Positions 51,231-64,000 of a stretch of 64,000 nucleotides of DNA are shown here, piece after piece; within the stretch, counting starts at the first letter, position 1, and each line of letters begins with the position of its first letter. The notes beneath the pieces are model-generated. The model did no database searches, was not told where the DNA came from, and saw only the letters and a program-made list of their open reading frames with translations. Source of the stretch: Lama glama (Eukaryota). The position numbers were made by a program, and so were the translations under genes. The stretch spans positions 38,876,001 through 38,940,000 of the forward strand of contig CM052816.1 of NCBI GenBank assembly GCA_028534125.1, read 5' to 3'.

Positions 51231-53324
51231 TATTAGCGTCATTACAAAACTACCATATAACTTAGCCTACAGAGTGGGGCACTAATTTAAAATATGTCTC
51301 TGTAAAACTTGACTCATGAGAAAACCCCAACTAAACATATTTTCTTTTTCCCAGTGAAAATTGTTTTGAGGAAGTTAAATTTACTGAATGGACTGCCTGT
51401 TTGGTGTTGGGTACATGCATGTGTATCACCATGAGTCACTGCCAAGCTGTTTTATCAAATTCAGTTCTCTGTCAGGAATCAAAGGACATCAAAGATTTCC
51501 ACAATTTGACGTTCAATTTGTGGCACCCAGGGGGATTTAGTTGGGTTAATTATTTTAATGACTTATTTTAATTTGTGCTTATCCAGCATTCAAGCAGAAG
51601 GTAGGATTCTTTCCTGCATTCTTTGATGAGGGTTTTATGGGGGCTGGGACCAAGTTTTTTAAGTCTCTGAGTTGAGGTGATGGTGAACAGTGGGGAGCAA
51701 GGTATGTTTTTCCAAAAGAGATAAAGAAATTGTTTTTAAACAATTTTTCTATAAACCAAAGAACAGTATTCTTCTGCCATTAGTAATATATATATATATA
51801 ATTTCATTTTTTTGTGTCCACTAACAAAAATATATAGTTTGTATAGGAAGTAAACATAGCTACAGGAACACTGTTCTTCCTCTTGCTATTAAAAAAAGTC
51901 TTCTTTTTCTGACATATTACTCTTTTCCAAATAGCTCTTCTAACTCTGCCCTTTTTCATCTGTCAGACATTTGATTTTTTTAAGCAGTTAATGGAATGAA
52001 AATTAGGCAAATCATATTATATAAAATAAAATCACCTTTCGGCTCCTTATTTTGATAAAATGTGTTTTCAGACACCAACATAACCAAGTGATTCAGCTCT
52101 AGTTTGCGAAGAAATATGATTTTTTTCATTACCTCTTTCTAAGTCCATAGGGGAAGGACTAAGTGTGAGTTTTTCCAGAGACTACCAAATATGTGGATTC
52201 TTGTGTTGTTTTTTACATTTCTCAGAAATTCAGTAGTAAATTTTTCCATATCTTTAACTTCAGCATGGTCTTGAGGCTAAAATCCTAACTGTGGCTGTTT
52301 ACCTGCCTCGTATTTGAGATATCTTAACAATGCCTTAGTTGATTAACAAAAAGCAACTGAAATGTACAGGACAACAGAATAATAAGGCAACTAATAGCAT
52401 TCTTCCTGCCAGATAAACATGCCTCACAGGAGGCATAACTGTCACATAACTACAGTTTCAGCTGTTTGAGAGAGTTTTGATAATAGCCTGAAATGTCAAA
52501 ATTCAGCTGCCAACAGTAAGCTGTCAGCTTTCAAAATGCTCTATGAAGTGCTTGTCCCTTAGGGCATATATTCGAAGGAGCAACTGAGCTGCCCTACAAC
52601 TTGACAGCTTATCCTAGTTCTGGGAGAGCCTTGCATCTGTGCAAATCTAGGAAATGTAACTGCAGCTCTGAGATGAGGAGCTGTGATTGGAGCATAACCT
52701 CTCACAAAATAGCACAGAGGCCATTTGGGTGCCGGATACGCAAAAGGCTTTTGAGGTCTCTGGAAATGAAGCTAACTTCAGCTAAACTAGTTGGATTGCA
52801 GCTGGGCAGAAAGTACTCAGGCACGACTTCAGCCAAGATTCTCAAGGTGGAAAATGATACCCTGGGACCGCTCTGCTCCTTCCTTGCTGGTGACCCTGCT
52901 AAATAGAAGCAATTTCCCCGATTATGATTGCAATTTCTCATCAAGCATTACATAACCCGTATCATTTCATCTTCCTAAAATAAATTATTCATGGCGTTTG
53001 GGAATTTATCTGGGAGGTGCAGGTCAAATGCCCCATTTGCTGCTAAATTACTGTTAACATTTTTCTTTTTCTTTTTTTTTTCTGATTTATTAGCTGTTTA
53101 CACAGAATATTGCTTGCATATAACACATTTTCCTTAGTGTAGCTTTTCTCAAAAAAAAGTACATCTTTATTTCTTTTAAATTCTCAAAGACAAGGTAAGG
53201 ATTATCACTGGTCTTGAAAAAAGTAGAGTACCATCCTTCAAAAATTCACATCATAAACAAAAAATTTCTCAACTGATACTATTCCATCAGTCTTGAATAC
53301 ATAAAATGCTATTCTATGAAGACA

Positions 53325-53560
53325 GAGTAGTGTGGTGGAAAGTAGTCTGTGGGGTTTGTATCCTAGCTCCTCCACTTCCTGGCTGTGTGACAAAAGGCAA
53401 ATATTTTCTTCTCTTGGACTAAAACCAGCTTAATCTCTAACATGAACATATTGTTAGCACCAACTTTGGTAACCACTATAAAAAGTGAAATTAACTAATA
53501 CATGAAGTATTTATGCCAGTGGTATGTATTCAGTAAATGCTTGTAGATATTAACTACTAT
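53325..53560 (+). mobile_element. MIR SINE
   Basis: gagtagtgtggtggaaag...atcctagctcctccacttcctggctgtgtgac...tattcagtaaatg. Confidence 0.7.
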
Positions 53561-53625
53561 TTTCTGTATATATAAAAATAACTGTCTCATTATCCTGATT
53601 TGATCTTTTCAGGAATTCATTATTT

Positions 53626-53754
53626 GGGAGGAGTAGGTAATTAGGTTTATTAATTTATTTGTTTATTTATTTATTTAATGGAGGTGCTGGGGATTGAACC
53701 CAGGATGTCATGCATGTTAAGCACATACTCTACCACTGACTATACCCTCCTCCA
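53626..53754 (-). mobile_element. vic-1-like camelid tRNA-derived SINE
   Basis: ggtaattaggtttatt...tggaggtgctggggattgaacccagg...ctctaccactgactataccctcc; 13-bp TSD gaattcattattt (53613-53625 and 53755-53767). Confidence 0.88.
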
Positions 53755-54045
53755 GAATTCATTATTTTTTAAAAAATGATATAGCCATGGAATCTAACCA
53801 CTAATCTATCAAGGATTGCTAAATTAGAAGCCCATGCATGTGCCTGAGAAAGGGAGAAGTTGCCAGTTTACTAGGAGAGTATCAGTAGAAAGAGCCCCAT
53901 TTCTTACCTGCAGAACTGAATATCCTCTGAGTGCCTGCCCTAACCATCCTATCACAAGTAACTCTGTCATTCTATTATACCACCTTGTTTATTTCCTTTA
54001 TAGATGTATAAGTATCTGAAATTACCATTTTTATTTATTTCTCCC

Positions 54046-55622
54046 AATTGAAGTACATTTGACTTACAATATTGTATTATTTTTAGATGTACAGTATAGT
54101 AGTTCAATATTTTCACAGGTTATTCTCCATTAAAAGCTATTACAAAATAGTGGCTATAATTCTCTGTGCTATACAATATATCCCTGTTGCTTATCTATTT
54201 TATACACAGTAGTTTGTACCTCTTAATCCCATACCCCTAACTTGCCCTGTGTCTACCTGAAAATAGTTTATACACTGCTGTTTTGGAATGTAATGACCTA
54301 TAGATATCTACTAAGTCCAACTGGTCTATTACGTCATTTAAGACCACAGTTGCCTTATTGATTTTCTGTCTGGATGATCTGTCCATTGATGTAAGTGGAG
54401 TGTTAAATTAACCTACAATTACTGTATTACTGTCAATTTCTCCTTTTATATCAGTTAGTATTTGCTTTACATACTTAGATACTCCTGTATTGGATACATA
54501 TATGTTAATGAATGTAATATTCTCTTCTTCTATGATCTGTTTATCATTATATAGTGCCCTTTTTTGTCTTCTCTTAGAGCTTTTGTTTTAAAGTCTATTT
54601 TTTCTGATAAAAGTATTGGTACTCCCTTTTTTTTTGTTTCTGTTTGCGAAAAGTATCTTTTCCCATCCCCTCACATTCAGTCTGTGAGTGTGTTATCCTG
54701 AAGTGAGTCTTTTATAGGTAGGGTCTTCTGTTTTTGTTTTTTTTTTTAACACAATCAGCCATCCTGTGTCTTTTAATTAGAGCATTTAGTCCATATACAC
54801 TTAAAGTAGTAATTGATAGGTATATAGTTATTGCCATTTTGTTACTTGTTTTCCCATTGATTTTGTAGTTCTTCTCTGTTCATTTCTTCCCTTGTGGTTT
54901 GAGGCTTCTCTTTAGTTGTATGCTTGTGTTCTTTTCTTTTCAGTTTTTGTGTATCTAGTGTAGGTTTTTGGTTTTTGGTTACCATCAGGTTCATATATGC
55001 TGACCTATAACTATGCCTACTTGTTTTAAACTGGTAGTCATTTAAGTTTAAACACATTATAAAAGATCTATATTTTTTACTCACCTGCTTTACAGTTTTT
55101 GTTTTGATATTATATTTTACATATTTATGTTAATTCCTAAACTGTTTATTATATTTGTAGTTGCTTTTACAAATTTTTGTCTCTTAATCTTCATACTGGC
55201 TTAAGTAACTGATCCTCAGTTCATACTATATACTTGCCTTTTCTGGTGGGATTTTCCCTTTCTTACAGATTCTCTTTTTCACTTAAGAAAACTCTTCAAC
55301 ATTTTTTTAGGGTAGGTTTAGTATTGATGATCTCTTTCATTTTGGTGGTCTGAGAAGTTCTTTGTCTCCCCTTCTATTCTAAATCATAATCTTGCTGAGT
55401 AGAATCTCCTAAGTTGCAGGTTTTTCCCTTTCAGAACTTTGAATATATTATGTCACTCCCTTCTGGCCTGCAAAGTTTCTGCAGAGAAATCAACTGATAG
55501 CCTTATGGTGATTCCCTTGGATATGACTGGTTTTTTCCTTCTGCTCTTAGAATTCCCTCTTTAACTTTAGCCATTTTATTATGGTATGTCTTGGTGTGGG
55601 TCTGTTTGAGTTCATCTTGTTA
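54046..55622 (-). mobile_element. L1: 3'UTR end abutting the ORF2 endonuclease, inter-ORF and ORF1 segment
   Basis: 54046-54248 is the antisense L1 3' end; 54250-54840 is antisense ORF2 EN (tctgtctggatgatctgtccattgatg); 55260-55620 is antisense ORF1 (ttctggcctgcaaagtttctgcagagaaatc). Confidence 0.82.
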
Positions 55623-55649
55623 GAAAATATTTCTACAAGCATCATCTTC

Positions 55650-56030
55650 CATATGAATTCACTTAGTGGCATTCAGTTGGCCAATAGAAAATCTCAGATG
55701 GGTTCACTCACATATCTATGCCTTGACAAGGATGCCTGACAGAGGACCACTGACCAGATTGCCTTTACATGTCCTCTCCAGCATGGCAGTCTCATGGGAA
55801 TGGACTTCTGACATAATAACTTAGGATTCCTGGAGGCAGTATACCAAGAGACATGAGTGGAAGCTGCCAAATCTTAAGGTCGAAATCCCAGATAGCATCA
55901 TTTCTGTCATTCTATATTGGTCAAAGCAGACAGCCTCCCAAAGTCAAAGGAAGGGGACATTGACTTGAGACCCCCACCTCTCAATGGAAAGAGTGTCAAA
56001 GAATTTTTGACTGTCCTTACTCTCCCATAT
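55650..56030 (-). mobile_element. MLT1H-like MaLR LTR
   Basis: ttcactcacatatct...tctccagcatggcagtctc...ggaagctgcc...cattctatattggtcaaagca...ccccacctctcaatggaaagagtgtcaaagaa. Confidence 0.75.
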
Positions 56031-56261
56031 AAGCATTCCAGGGTTTATAAAACAACTATGCAGCATCCACTAGTGAATCAGTGACATGTGCTTCTTTTAC
56101 CATACATAATTACATACTTTAGTAATAATAAAAATATGCCTATGATAAATATGCACATTTGAAGCAAAATTAAATAGAAACCATGATATAAGAAGTTATT
56201 TTTCTGTTTTCTATTTATTTTGAACAGAAATTAAAACTTTTAAGTAGATTAGTTTTATGAT

Positions 56262-56636
56262 TGTTATGGGCTGAATTCTGCCCAAATTCATATGTTGAAG
56301 TAAGTCCTAACTCTATACCTCAAGATGTGATTGTATTCGGAGACAGGGTCTTTCAAGAGGTAATTAAGTTAAAGTCAGGTCACGAGGGTTGGCACCAATC
56401 CAATACGACTGGTGTCCTTGTGAGAAAGGGAGATTAGGACACAGACGTGTACAGAGGGTGAAGACACAGGGAGAAAATGGTCATCTACAAACCAAGGGAA
56501 GAGGCTCAGAAGAAACCAACCCTACCAGTACTGACCCGAGAATTCTACCCTCCAGAGTTGTGAGAAAATAAATCTATATTATATATGCCACCCAATCTGT
56601 AATACTTTGTTATGACAGCCCTAGCAAACTAATACA
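56262..56636 (+). mobile_element. MLT1B-like solo MaLR LTR
   Basis: tgttatgggctgaatt...ccaatacgactggtgtcctt...gcaaactaataca; 5-bp TSD atgat and gtgat. Confidence 0.9.
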
Positions 56637-57149
56637 GTGATGTTCGGCTGTAGCAAATACATTGGTAAATTTCACAATTGCTCTTTTCTTCAGCTACTGG
56701 AGCAGATATGCTGGATAGTGCTAAAGCTAAAATTTGTTGTCCCCACAGAATACTTTACTTTTCCATTAATTTTAATTTCAGATGCAACAATAGAAATTGT
56801 CAAAAATAAGATTAGTAAACAATTTACTTCAGAAACACTTAAATTCATATCCTAATAGTTACAATTTTCTGAACAAATTCACAGATGGTTTACTTGTTTG
56901 CATCACTTTTTAATCATTAAATAAAACTGTAATTGTTTTGTTAATTATTTTCATAGGTCACTTTAGAATTTCTCTGGCATTTGCTATATGCTTTTTTTCA
57001 TAATGGATTTTTCATCTATTTTAACTGGGTTGGAATAAAAATCCGAGTAAGTCAGCACTTCTATTTAGCCCTTGAAATCTTAGTTCTAGCTGAAATTTCT
57101 CTCTCTCAATTCATTCTTCCATTTGTTCCCAAATTCCACCCTCTTTTAG

Positions 57150-58205
57150 TTTTCTTCTTGCTTTTCTGGCTGCTTGTTTTCAGAAAAGTATGTTACACAC
57201 TCCTCTTCAAATGATCATCCTTTAAAAGCCCATGTGCCCCACAAATCTGTGATTGGTACTCTTCTCATTTCCCTTTACAAACACTCCCTGGATGATCTCA
57301 TTTGTCCTCAAAGTTTTAGCTATCCTCCATGTGCTCATGACCCAAAGTATTTATTTCTAGCACAGCTTGTCAATGTTCTCCAGACCCATATATCCAAATG
57401 CTAACTGTAGTCTCTATTTCAGTGTTCCATGGGCCCCACAAAGTCAAGTCCAAAGATTCATCGTCAGTCTCCTAAGACCTGTTCCTCCATCTTGTTCATT
57501 AATATTGTGAATGATCAATTACACAACCAATTACCCAACTGGAAAAATTGAAACCACCCTTGACTCCTCCCTTTTTTCACCCCACACATACAATCAGTCC
57601 TCAGAGCATAAGTCCTCTTCCTTCTAAATATCTTTTGAATCTATTTTTCAATCTATATATATATTCCTACTTCCAGTGCGTGAGTTCTGGCTGTTACAAT
57701 TTGTTGTTCAAGTTTTTTTAACTGCTTCCGAAGATATATCCTTTCCCTGGCTTTACCGCGCTCCTAATTCATCCTCCACACTGTTACCAAAGTGCTCATT
57801 CTAAAAGGGAAGTCAGATCAAGGCCTCTTTTTGGCTAGAATTCTTTAATGGTGCCACATAGAAGCACACCCAGTTCTGGGTAAAGTCCAAATTTCTTAAT
57901 ATGGCTTTCAAGGTATTTTGTCCCTATTTCTTCTTTGGCATAATTCCAACTCCTTTCATCCAAACATACTTTGGATATCACATTACCCAAAACACTTCCT
58001 GATGCCCTTCATTCTCTCATTTCTCAATTCCTCCTGATTTTTGTCCTTTGTTCCCTTGTGCTTACTCCAACCATAGCACTTTCAGTTTCTTTTATAATCA
58101 TGCATATATTCATCTCTCCCAGAGAGCAGCTATAGGACTATATTTGGTGTCCTGAGCACACAGTTGCCATTCAACATATATTTTCTAAATGAATGAATAA
58201 ATACA
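57150..58205 (+). mobile_element. L2 3' ~1 kb
   Basis: cactccctggatgatctcattt...ccttgactcctccc...gggtaaagtccaaatttcttaatatggc...aatgaatgaataaa. Confidence 0.8.
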
Positions 58206-59499
58206 GTTGTCATATTGATAACATTTCCACTGGAACTCTCAGCTGAGGTTTAAGAATGAACAATGTATCTCGATGCCCTGAAATAAAAACCTGGAGCCAC
58301 AGGAAGCATTGTCCAGTGGGAACTCTGTCCATGCAAAGTAGAAGATCCACTCATCTGGAGAGCAGTCCTTGAAGGTCCTGCTCATTTGCTGACTCTTAAA
58401 GAAAACCTGTCCAGAAGATGACTGAATGGTGGTAATTTAAAGAGCCATTACCTGTGCACAGCACTGGAAAGATTTTTGGCTGATGCAAAGGAGAAACGTA
58501 AGGATGCTCTTAAAACAAACAGACTGAGCTGGCAGCAAATGACCAAATACACATAAAGGCAATTAACTCTAGGTATCGTGATTCTAATATTCAGTGCAAT
58601 AATTAAGTGCAATATCACAGGATGTATTTTATAAACTTAATGGTAGGGGACAAAAATAAAACAATACCTTGAAAACACAAACTACCTGTACATAATGGAA
58701 TCACTTTTACCTTCCCAAAATAAGTATAGTCTTTGACAATATAATAGGCTTGAATCCGAGTCCACAATTCCAGATGTATAAAAGAACACACCTTTCTATT
58801 TTCTATATTTCCTGACTCAAAGCCCCATTTCACTGAGATTGTGGGAATCTTAATATTAGCTCTTTTGGGGTTCCCTGATCCTTTTAATAGAGTTCTGTCA
58901 AAGTTCTAGGATCTTCTACCAAACCAAGGCACTGGGGAAAGGGTGGAGTATCCTGTCCTCAGTCACCATCCACACAGGTTGCCTGTGAGCTACATGATGT
59001 CCTTTTCAACAGGTCTCTAGGTCTGTAGGTCTCTGCTGCTCCTGTGTAGGACCTGTCTATGGTTCTCTCTGCCCAGACTCAAGAGATAGCTCTTTTTCCC
59101 CAGGATACCTAAAGTAAAACACAGATCCTTTTTTCTATCCCAGTCACCCTGGACTTTTCTCTCTTCCTATCATCAGACTGGGCACACATCTTTATCAGTT
59201 GTGAAGCAATCCCTAAAAGCATTTGAACCCTCTACCTGAACTGGGACTTCTTTAGTAGTGGAAATGACTTAAAATGGACATTTCACGTGTAGATGACTTT
59301 TTCTGATAATTTCCCACCTGTGGGAAATCAAGCCACTTACTGTTGTTTAAATAGTTAGTCTAGATTACCAGGATGCTTGCCCCTTCTAGGTGAGTCTAGA
59401 AGTGCTGGCACATGCCTACAGCAACCAGACTGATACTGTAATCAGTGTAGCCTGCTGACTGGAGAATGTGGGACTTATCTAAGGTGGGTGCTGTCTCTC

Positions 59500-59675
59500 A
59501 CTTTAGACCGGTGGTTAGATCATCCAATTTTTCAAGAGATGCTACAAATATGAATTTTGTGTGAAATCTCTTGGTTTTTTAAAAGGTATCTCAATTATCA
59601 CAACATACTATGTTTATACATAGTACACCCAAAAGTATAGACTTGGCCCATGAGTTACCAATATGCATAACCTAG
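59500..59675. mobile_element. MER103-like hAT fragment
   Basis: ccaattttcaagagatgctacaaatatgaattttgtgtgaaatctcttggtttttt...ttggcccatgagttacca. Confidence 0.55.
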
Positions 59676-60394
59676 ATATAAATGCATCACTTGGTCAAAG
59701 AACCAGTGTTACTGCACCCAGAACTATGTAGAAAGGATTTCTTTTAATCAGTGATTTGTGAAAAATCCATGTGCTCTTTTTCCATATTGTAACAAAACTC
59801 AAATTTCTACTGCTACAAATGATAAAGGCAGGATGTGAGATTTCCTCTCTATTGTTAGGAGGAAATGAGGCATCTCTGGCTCCTTGGACATCATAGACTC
59901 AAGCAAAGTCATAAAGATAAGGAATCTATTTTCTTGGGCTTCTCCCCCCCTTTCCATCATTGCCACTTTCTAAATCTTTTTGTAGCACCACCAGAGCAAA
60001 CAGTCCCTACTCAGCCAATAGCACTCCAGTCCATCAAGCCCTTTCTGTGTAAGCACATCCTGACAGTCACTAAACTGATGGCATTCTTTTCCCAGTAGCC
60101 AAGGATTTATATGTCTATATATGAATATATAGATATATAGACGATTTAAGGTACTACTTGCCCTTTTATTTCACTGTAGTGTAATTTCATAAGCTTATTT
60201 TCTAGCATGGAATGATGACTCTTCATCTGTGGTTTATTCGCTGATTAAATACAGAACAAGAACTCTCCAAAACTCACCATGAAATCTTATTAGTATTTGC
60301 ATACTTTATTAACACATCATTTAATTTAGTCATCTATTTAGCTGAAGCAGAAAAGTTCTTTCAAAGACTTTTAGTATTTTGTTCATGCTACATT

Positions 60395-60660
60395 AGGTAT
60401 CTGTTACCATGTAACAAACCCAAAGCTTAATGTCTTACAATAATAATTTAGTATTTCTCATGATTCTGTGGCTTGGTTGGGCAGTCCTGTCTGGTTTTGC
60501 CTGGACTGAGTCCTGTGATTTTGTTGAGCTCTGGAGGTGCCCAGGCTGGAGGATCCACAATGGCCTTCCTTAACTCACATGCCTGGGAGTTGGAGCTGGC
60601 CTTCAGCTAGGGTGCCTTGATTCTCCCTCACATGGCCTTTCATACTCCAGTAGGCATATC
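60395..60660 (-). mobile_element. MLT1-family MaLR LTR fragment
   Basis: tgtaacaaacccaaagcttaatgtctta...tttctcatgattctgtggcttgg...ggctggaggatccacaatggcc. Confidence 0.75.
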
Positions 60661-60689
60661 TCTTTGGCTCAGCTCTGGTGGGGCAGTTG

Positions 60690-61091
60690 TACTCAAGATT
60701 AAACTCACACTGACTTTGCAAATCTCTGCTTTTTAAGCTAGGAGCCTTCTCCAAAGTCCCAGAAGTCCTCTCAGTCTGCATGAAAGCAATGTCCAGAAAG
60801 GCAAGAAAGTTATAGTCCTCAGGGGGAACTCAATAAATGGGAAATAGAAGACGGTAAACACATGCTTCAGCTTCCCATCTTACGGATGGACAATTGCGAG
60901 AGACATCCTGTACATTTCTCAGAATTCCTGGTAGAATGGAGCTCCCATTGCTTACAGTAGGACTGCATAATACATTCCTATACTGTCTTTTCATCCTTCC
61001 CTCTATCTCCCAACGTCCTCACTCCTGCTTCCTGGGATCACTGTCTAAATAAATTACATAAATCCAAGCCCTTATTCAGGCTGCGCTTCAG
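60690..61091 (+). mobile_element. LTR33-like ERVL LTR
   Basis: cactcctgcttcctgggatcactgtctaaataaattac...caggctgcgcttcagaggaacccaaactaagata. Confidence 0.7.
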
Positions 61092-61209
61092 AGGAACCCA
61101 AACTAAGATACCATGAGACTCCTTTTTTTTTTTGCCAACACATGTACAAAGCAAAAGTGTGGAGGAAAAGAGTAACTATGGAATAAAACTGTGAGGAATG
61201 AGAGAACTA

Positions 61210-61458
61210 GTCAGCAGGTAAATGCTTACTGCCACCTGCTCCCCACAGACTCTTCTGAAAAGCAATTTTTTTTTAATGGCCTCTTCAACAGCCCCTTGAA
61301 ATTGGACAGTCAGTCAGGCTCAACATCAAGCAGTGGCCAGTTTGATAACACATCTTCATATTGACTCTCCTTCCTTCCTTAATAAAACTCCTTAATAAAA
61401 TAATAGCACATTAGTTTTTAACCCAGACTCTGCTTCCTGGATAGCCCAGGCTAAGACA
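61210..61458 (+). mobile_element. ERVL LTR 3' fragment (LTR33-like)
   Basis: ctccttaataaaataatagcacat...ctctgcttcctggatagcccaggctaagaca. Confidence 0.55.
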
Positions 61459-61532
61459 CTATATACACATAATTCAAGTCAACCAATTGTTCGTGGGGAA
61501 ACATGGGGTCTAGTGGTTATTAAGAGTTCACG

Positions 61533-62778
61533 CAGACTTCTAGTTTCTGGTCCAGCATGTAAGAAGCTTAGAAGTCCCCACTCCAATCTAATAAGAAAAG
61601 AGCTAAACAAATTGAAAAATCAACAACTCTTAGAGTTGTTAGATTCATCAGAGATTTGAGGTCACAGGACAAACTGCTGCCCCCTAAATTGGAGAGACAG
61701 ACAGGCAAATACAGAGAATCACAACTTACCAGAGCAAAAACCTCTGAGCGTACCAGTGCTGGGTTAGGAAAACCTGACCTGTAATTCACAAATTGCTGGA
61801 AGTTCAGTTTGGAAAAATCTGGTAGTTAGAAGAACTCCAGGGGGACGCAGTATAAAGGGGTACCCACACTTCTGTGAGTTTTAACCTCCAGCTGTACCAG
61901 GTATTCAGAAAGAAAAGCAGAGAATATCAGAATTCCAGCAGAGGGAGAAGAGAAGGAACTATCTTGAAATATACTAGCACATACTATTCTTACTAACAAG
62001 GGTTGTCCTCAGGCAAAACTATTTTATGACATATTAACCTGCTGGAGTTCTATCAGAGCCTATCCTACCTCAGGGAAGAGAAATACTCAACTCCAGCCCC
62101 CTCTAGCCATCCTGTCAGAGATAGACCAGGGGATTGAGAAGCACTGGTGAAGTTCACAGCTCAGGAGTGCAGGACCACCAAAAGACTAAGACCTAATCAT
62201 AAGGCAACAGTATGCTTCCCCTCCCCTGCAACTTACCATTACATTACTGAAGGCCTGTTTACCACAGCTCCTTTCACTGAGCACATCACAGTCACCTCTC
62301 AGCAGAAATTCATAAGGCATACTAAAGGGCAAAAACAAACTTTAAAGGAATTAAATAATCATCAGAATCAGAGTCAGATATGGCAGGAATGTTGGAATTA
62401 TCAGACCAGGGATTGTAAAACCTATGATTGGTATGCTAAGAGCTTCAACGGGAAAAATGGACAACATGCAAGATAGATGATGTAAACAGAGAGATGGATA
62501 TTTTAAGAAAAATCAAAAGGAAATCTTAGAGATCAAAAACACGGTAACAGAAATAAAGAATGCTTACAATAGGCTTACTAGTAGACTGGACACAATTGAG
62601 GAAAGAATCACTGAGCTTGAGGAAATGACTAACAACTTCTAAAACACACAGATAAAGAGAAAAAGGTGTTAAAAAACAGGATGAATATCTAATAATGATG
62701 GGACAACTATAAAAGTTGTAACATACATGTAATGAAAATATCAGAAGAAGAAAGAGAGAAAAGAAGAAAAACAATGTT
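61533..62778 (+). mobile_element. Old L1 5'UTR + ORF1 N-terminal part
   Basis: gacttctagtttctggtccagcatgtaagaagctt...; aataggcttactagtagactggacacaattgaggaaagaatcactgagcttgag (ORF1p coiled coil). Confidence 0.8.
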
Positions 62779-64000
62779 TTTCTCAGCAAAGTAGTGCTGG
62801 GAAAATTGGACAGCTACATGTAAAAGAATGAAAGTAGAACATTCTCTAACACCATATACAAAAATAAATTTAAAATGGATTAAAGACCTAAATGTTAAGA
62901 CTGGATACTACAAAATTCCTGGAGAGAAACATCCAGAACACTCTTTGACATAAATCGCAGCAAAACTTTTTTGGATCTGTCTCCTAGAGTAATGGAAATA
63001 AAAACAAAAATAAACAAATGGGACCTAATTAAACTTAAAAGCTTTTGCATAGCAAAGAAAACCATAAATAAAATAAAAAGACAACATACAGACTGGGAGA
63101 AAATATTTGCTAACAATGCTACCAAAAAGTGATTAATTTCCAAAATGTACAAACAGCACCAACAGCTTAATATCAAAAACCCAAAGAGTCACCTAAAAAA
63201 AAAAAAAAATGGGCAGAAGACCTAAATAGCCATTTCTCCAAAGAAGACATCCAGATGGCCAACAGGCACATGAAAAAATGCACAATATTGCTAATTACAA
63301 GAGAAATGCAAATCAAAGCTACAATGAGGTATCACCTTACACTAGTCAGAATGGCCATCATTAAAAAGTCTACAAATAATGAACGCTGAAAAGGGTATGG
63401 AGTAAAGGGAACCCTCCTACACTGTTGGTGGAAAAGTAAATTGGTGCAGTCACTATGGAAAACAATATGGAGATTACTATAAAAACTAAAAGTAGAGTTA
63501 CCATATGATCTTGCAATCCCATTCCTGGGCATATATTCTGGAGAAAACTCTAATTTGAAAAGATACATGGACCCCAATGTTCACAGCGGCACTATTTACA
63601 ATAGCCAAGACACGGAAGCAACCTAAATGTCCATCAACAGATGAACAGATAAAGAAGATGTGGTATATATATATACAATGGAATATTGCTCAGCCATAAA
63701 AAAAAGAATGGAATAATGCCATTTGCAGAACATGGATTGACCTAGAGATTATCATACTAAGTGAAGTCAGACAGAGAAAGACAAACATCGTATGATATCC
63801 CTTATATGTGGAGTATTTTTTTAATGATACAAATAAACTTATTTACAAAAAGAAACAGACTCACAGACATAGAAGACAAACTTATGGCTAACAAAAGGGA
63901 AAATGGAGGGGTGGGGAGGGATAAATTAGGAGTTTGGGATTAACATATACATACTACTATATATAAAATAGGTAAACAACAAGGACCTACTGTATATAAT
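62779..64000 (+). mobile_element. Younger 5'-truncated L1 (ORF2 C-terminal part + 3'UTR), running off the window
   Basis: tgctgggaaaattggacagctacatgtaaaagaatg...aaatgggacctaattaaacttaaaagcttttgc...ccatatgatcttgcaatcccattcctgggcatat...3'UTR. Confidence 0.92.

Noticed and set aside
62770..62800. Abrupt ORF1-to-late-ORF2 junction suggesting a spliced L1
   Set aside because: The downstream part is much less diverged, so a younger 5'-truncated L1 inserted into an older one is the simpler explanation

Overview
AT-rich, CpG-depleted mammalian genomic DNA, most likely from a camelid: it carries two vic-1-like tRNA-derived SINEs and cetartiodactyl-type L1 3' ends. It reads as intergenic or deep-intronic sequence. 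I found no recognisable protein-coding gene; the ORF track is explained by LINE-1 remnants, microsatellites and chance ORFs. A large part of the window is transposon fossils: L1 of several ages, L2, MIR, MaLR/ERVL LTRs and hAT elements (MER33, MER58A, MER63, MER94, MER5A). The most unusual observations are retrotransposition oddities with visible target-site duplications (TSDs): a tailless 5'-half tRNA-Cys retrocopy ending at its anticodon, a 5'-intact/3'-truncated ORF1-only L1, a twin-primed inverted L1, a ~40-nt L1 stub and a U6 retropseudogene. There is also an unexplained ~185-bp dispersed duplication, a candidate spliced + strand transcript near 4.4-5.8 kb and several motif-dense candidate regulatory elements. 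Repeat family names come from recalled consensus similarity and boundaries are approximate unless a TSD is given. I see no evidence of a new multi-gene system.
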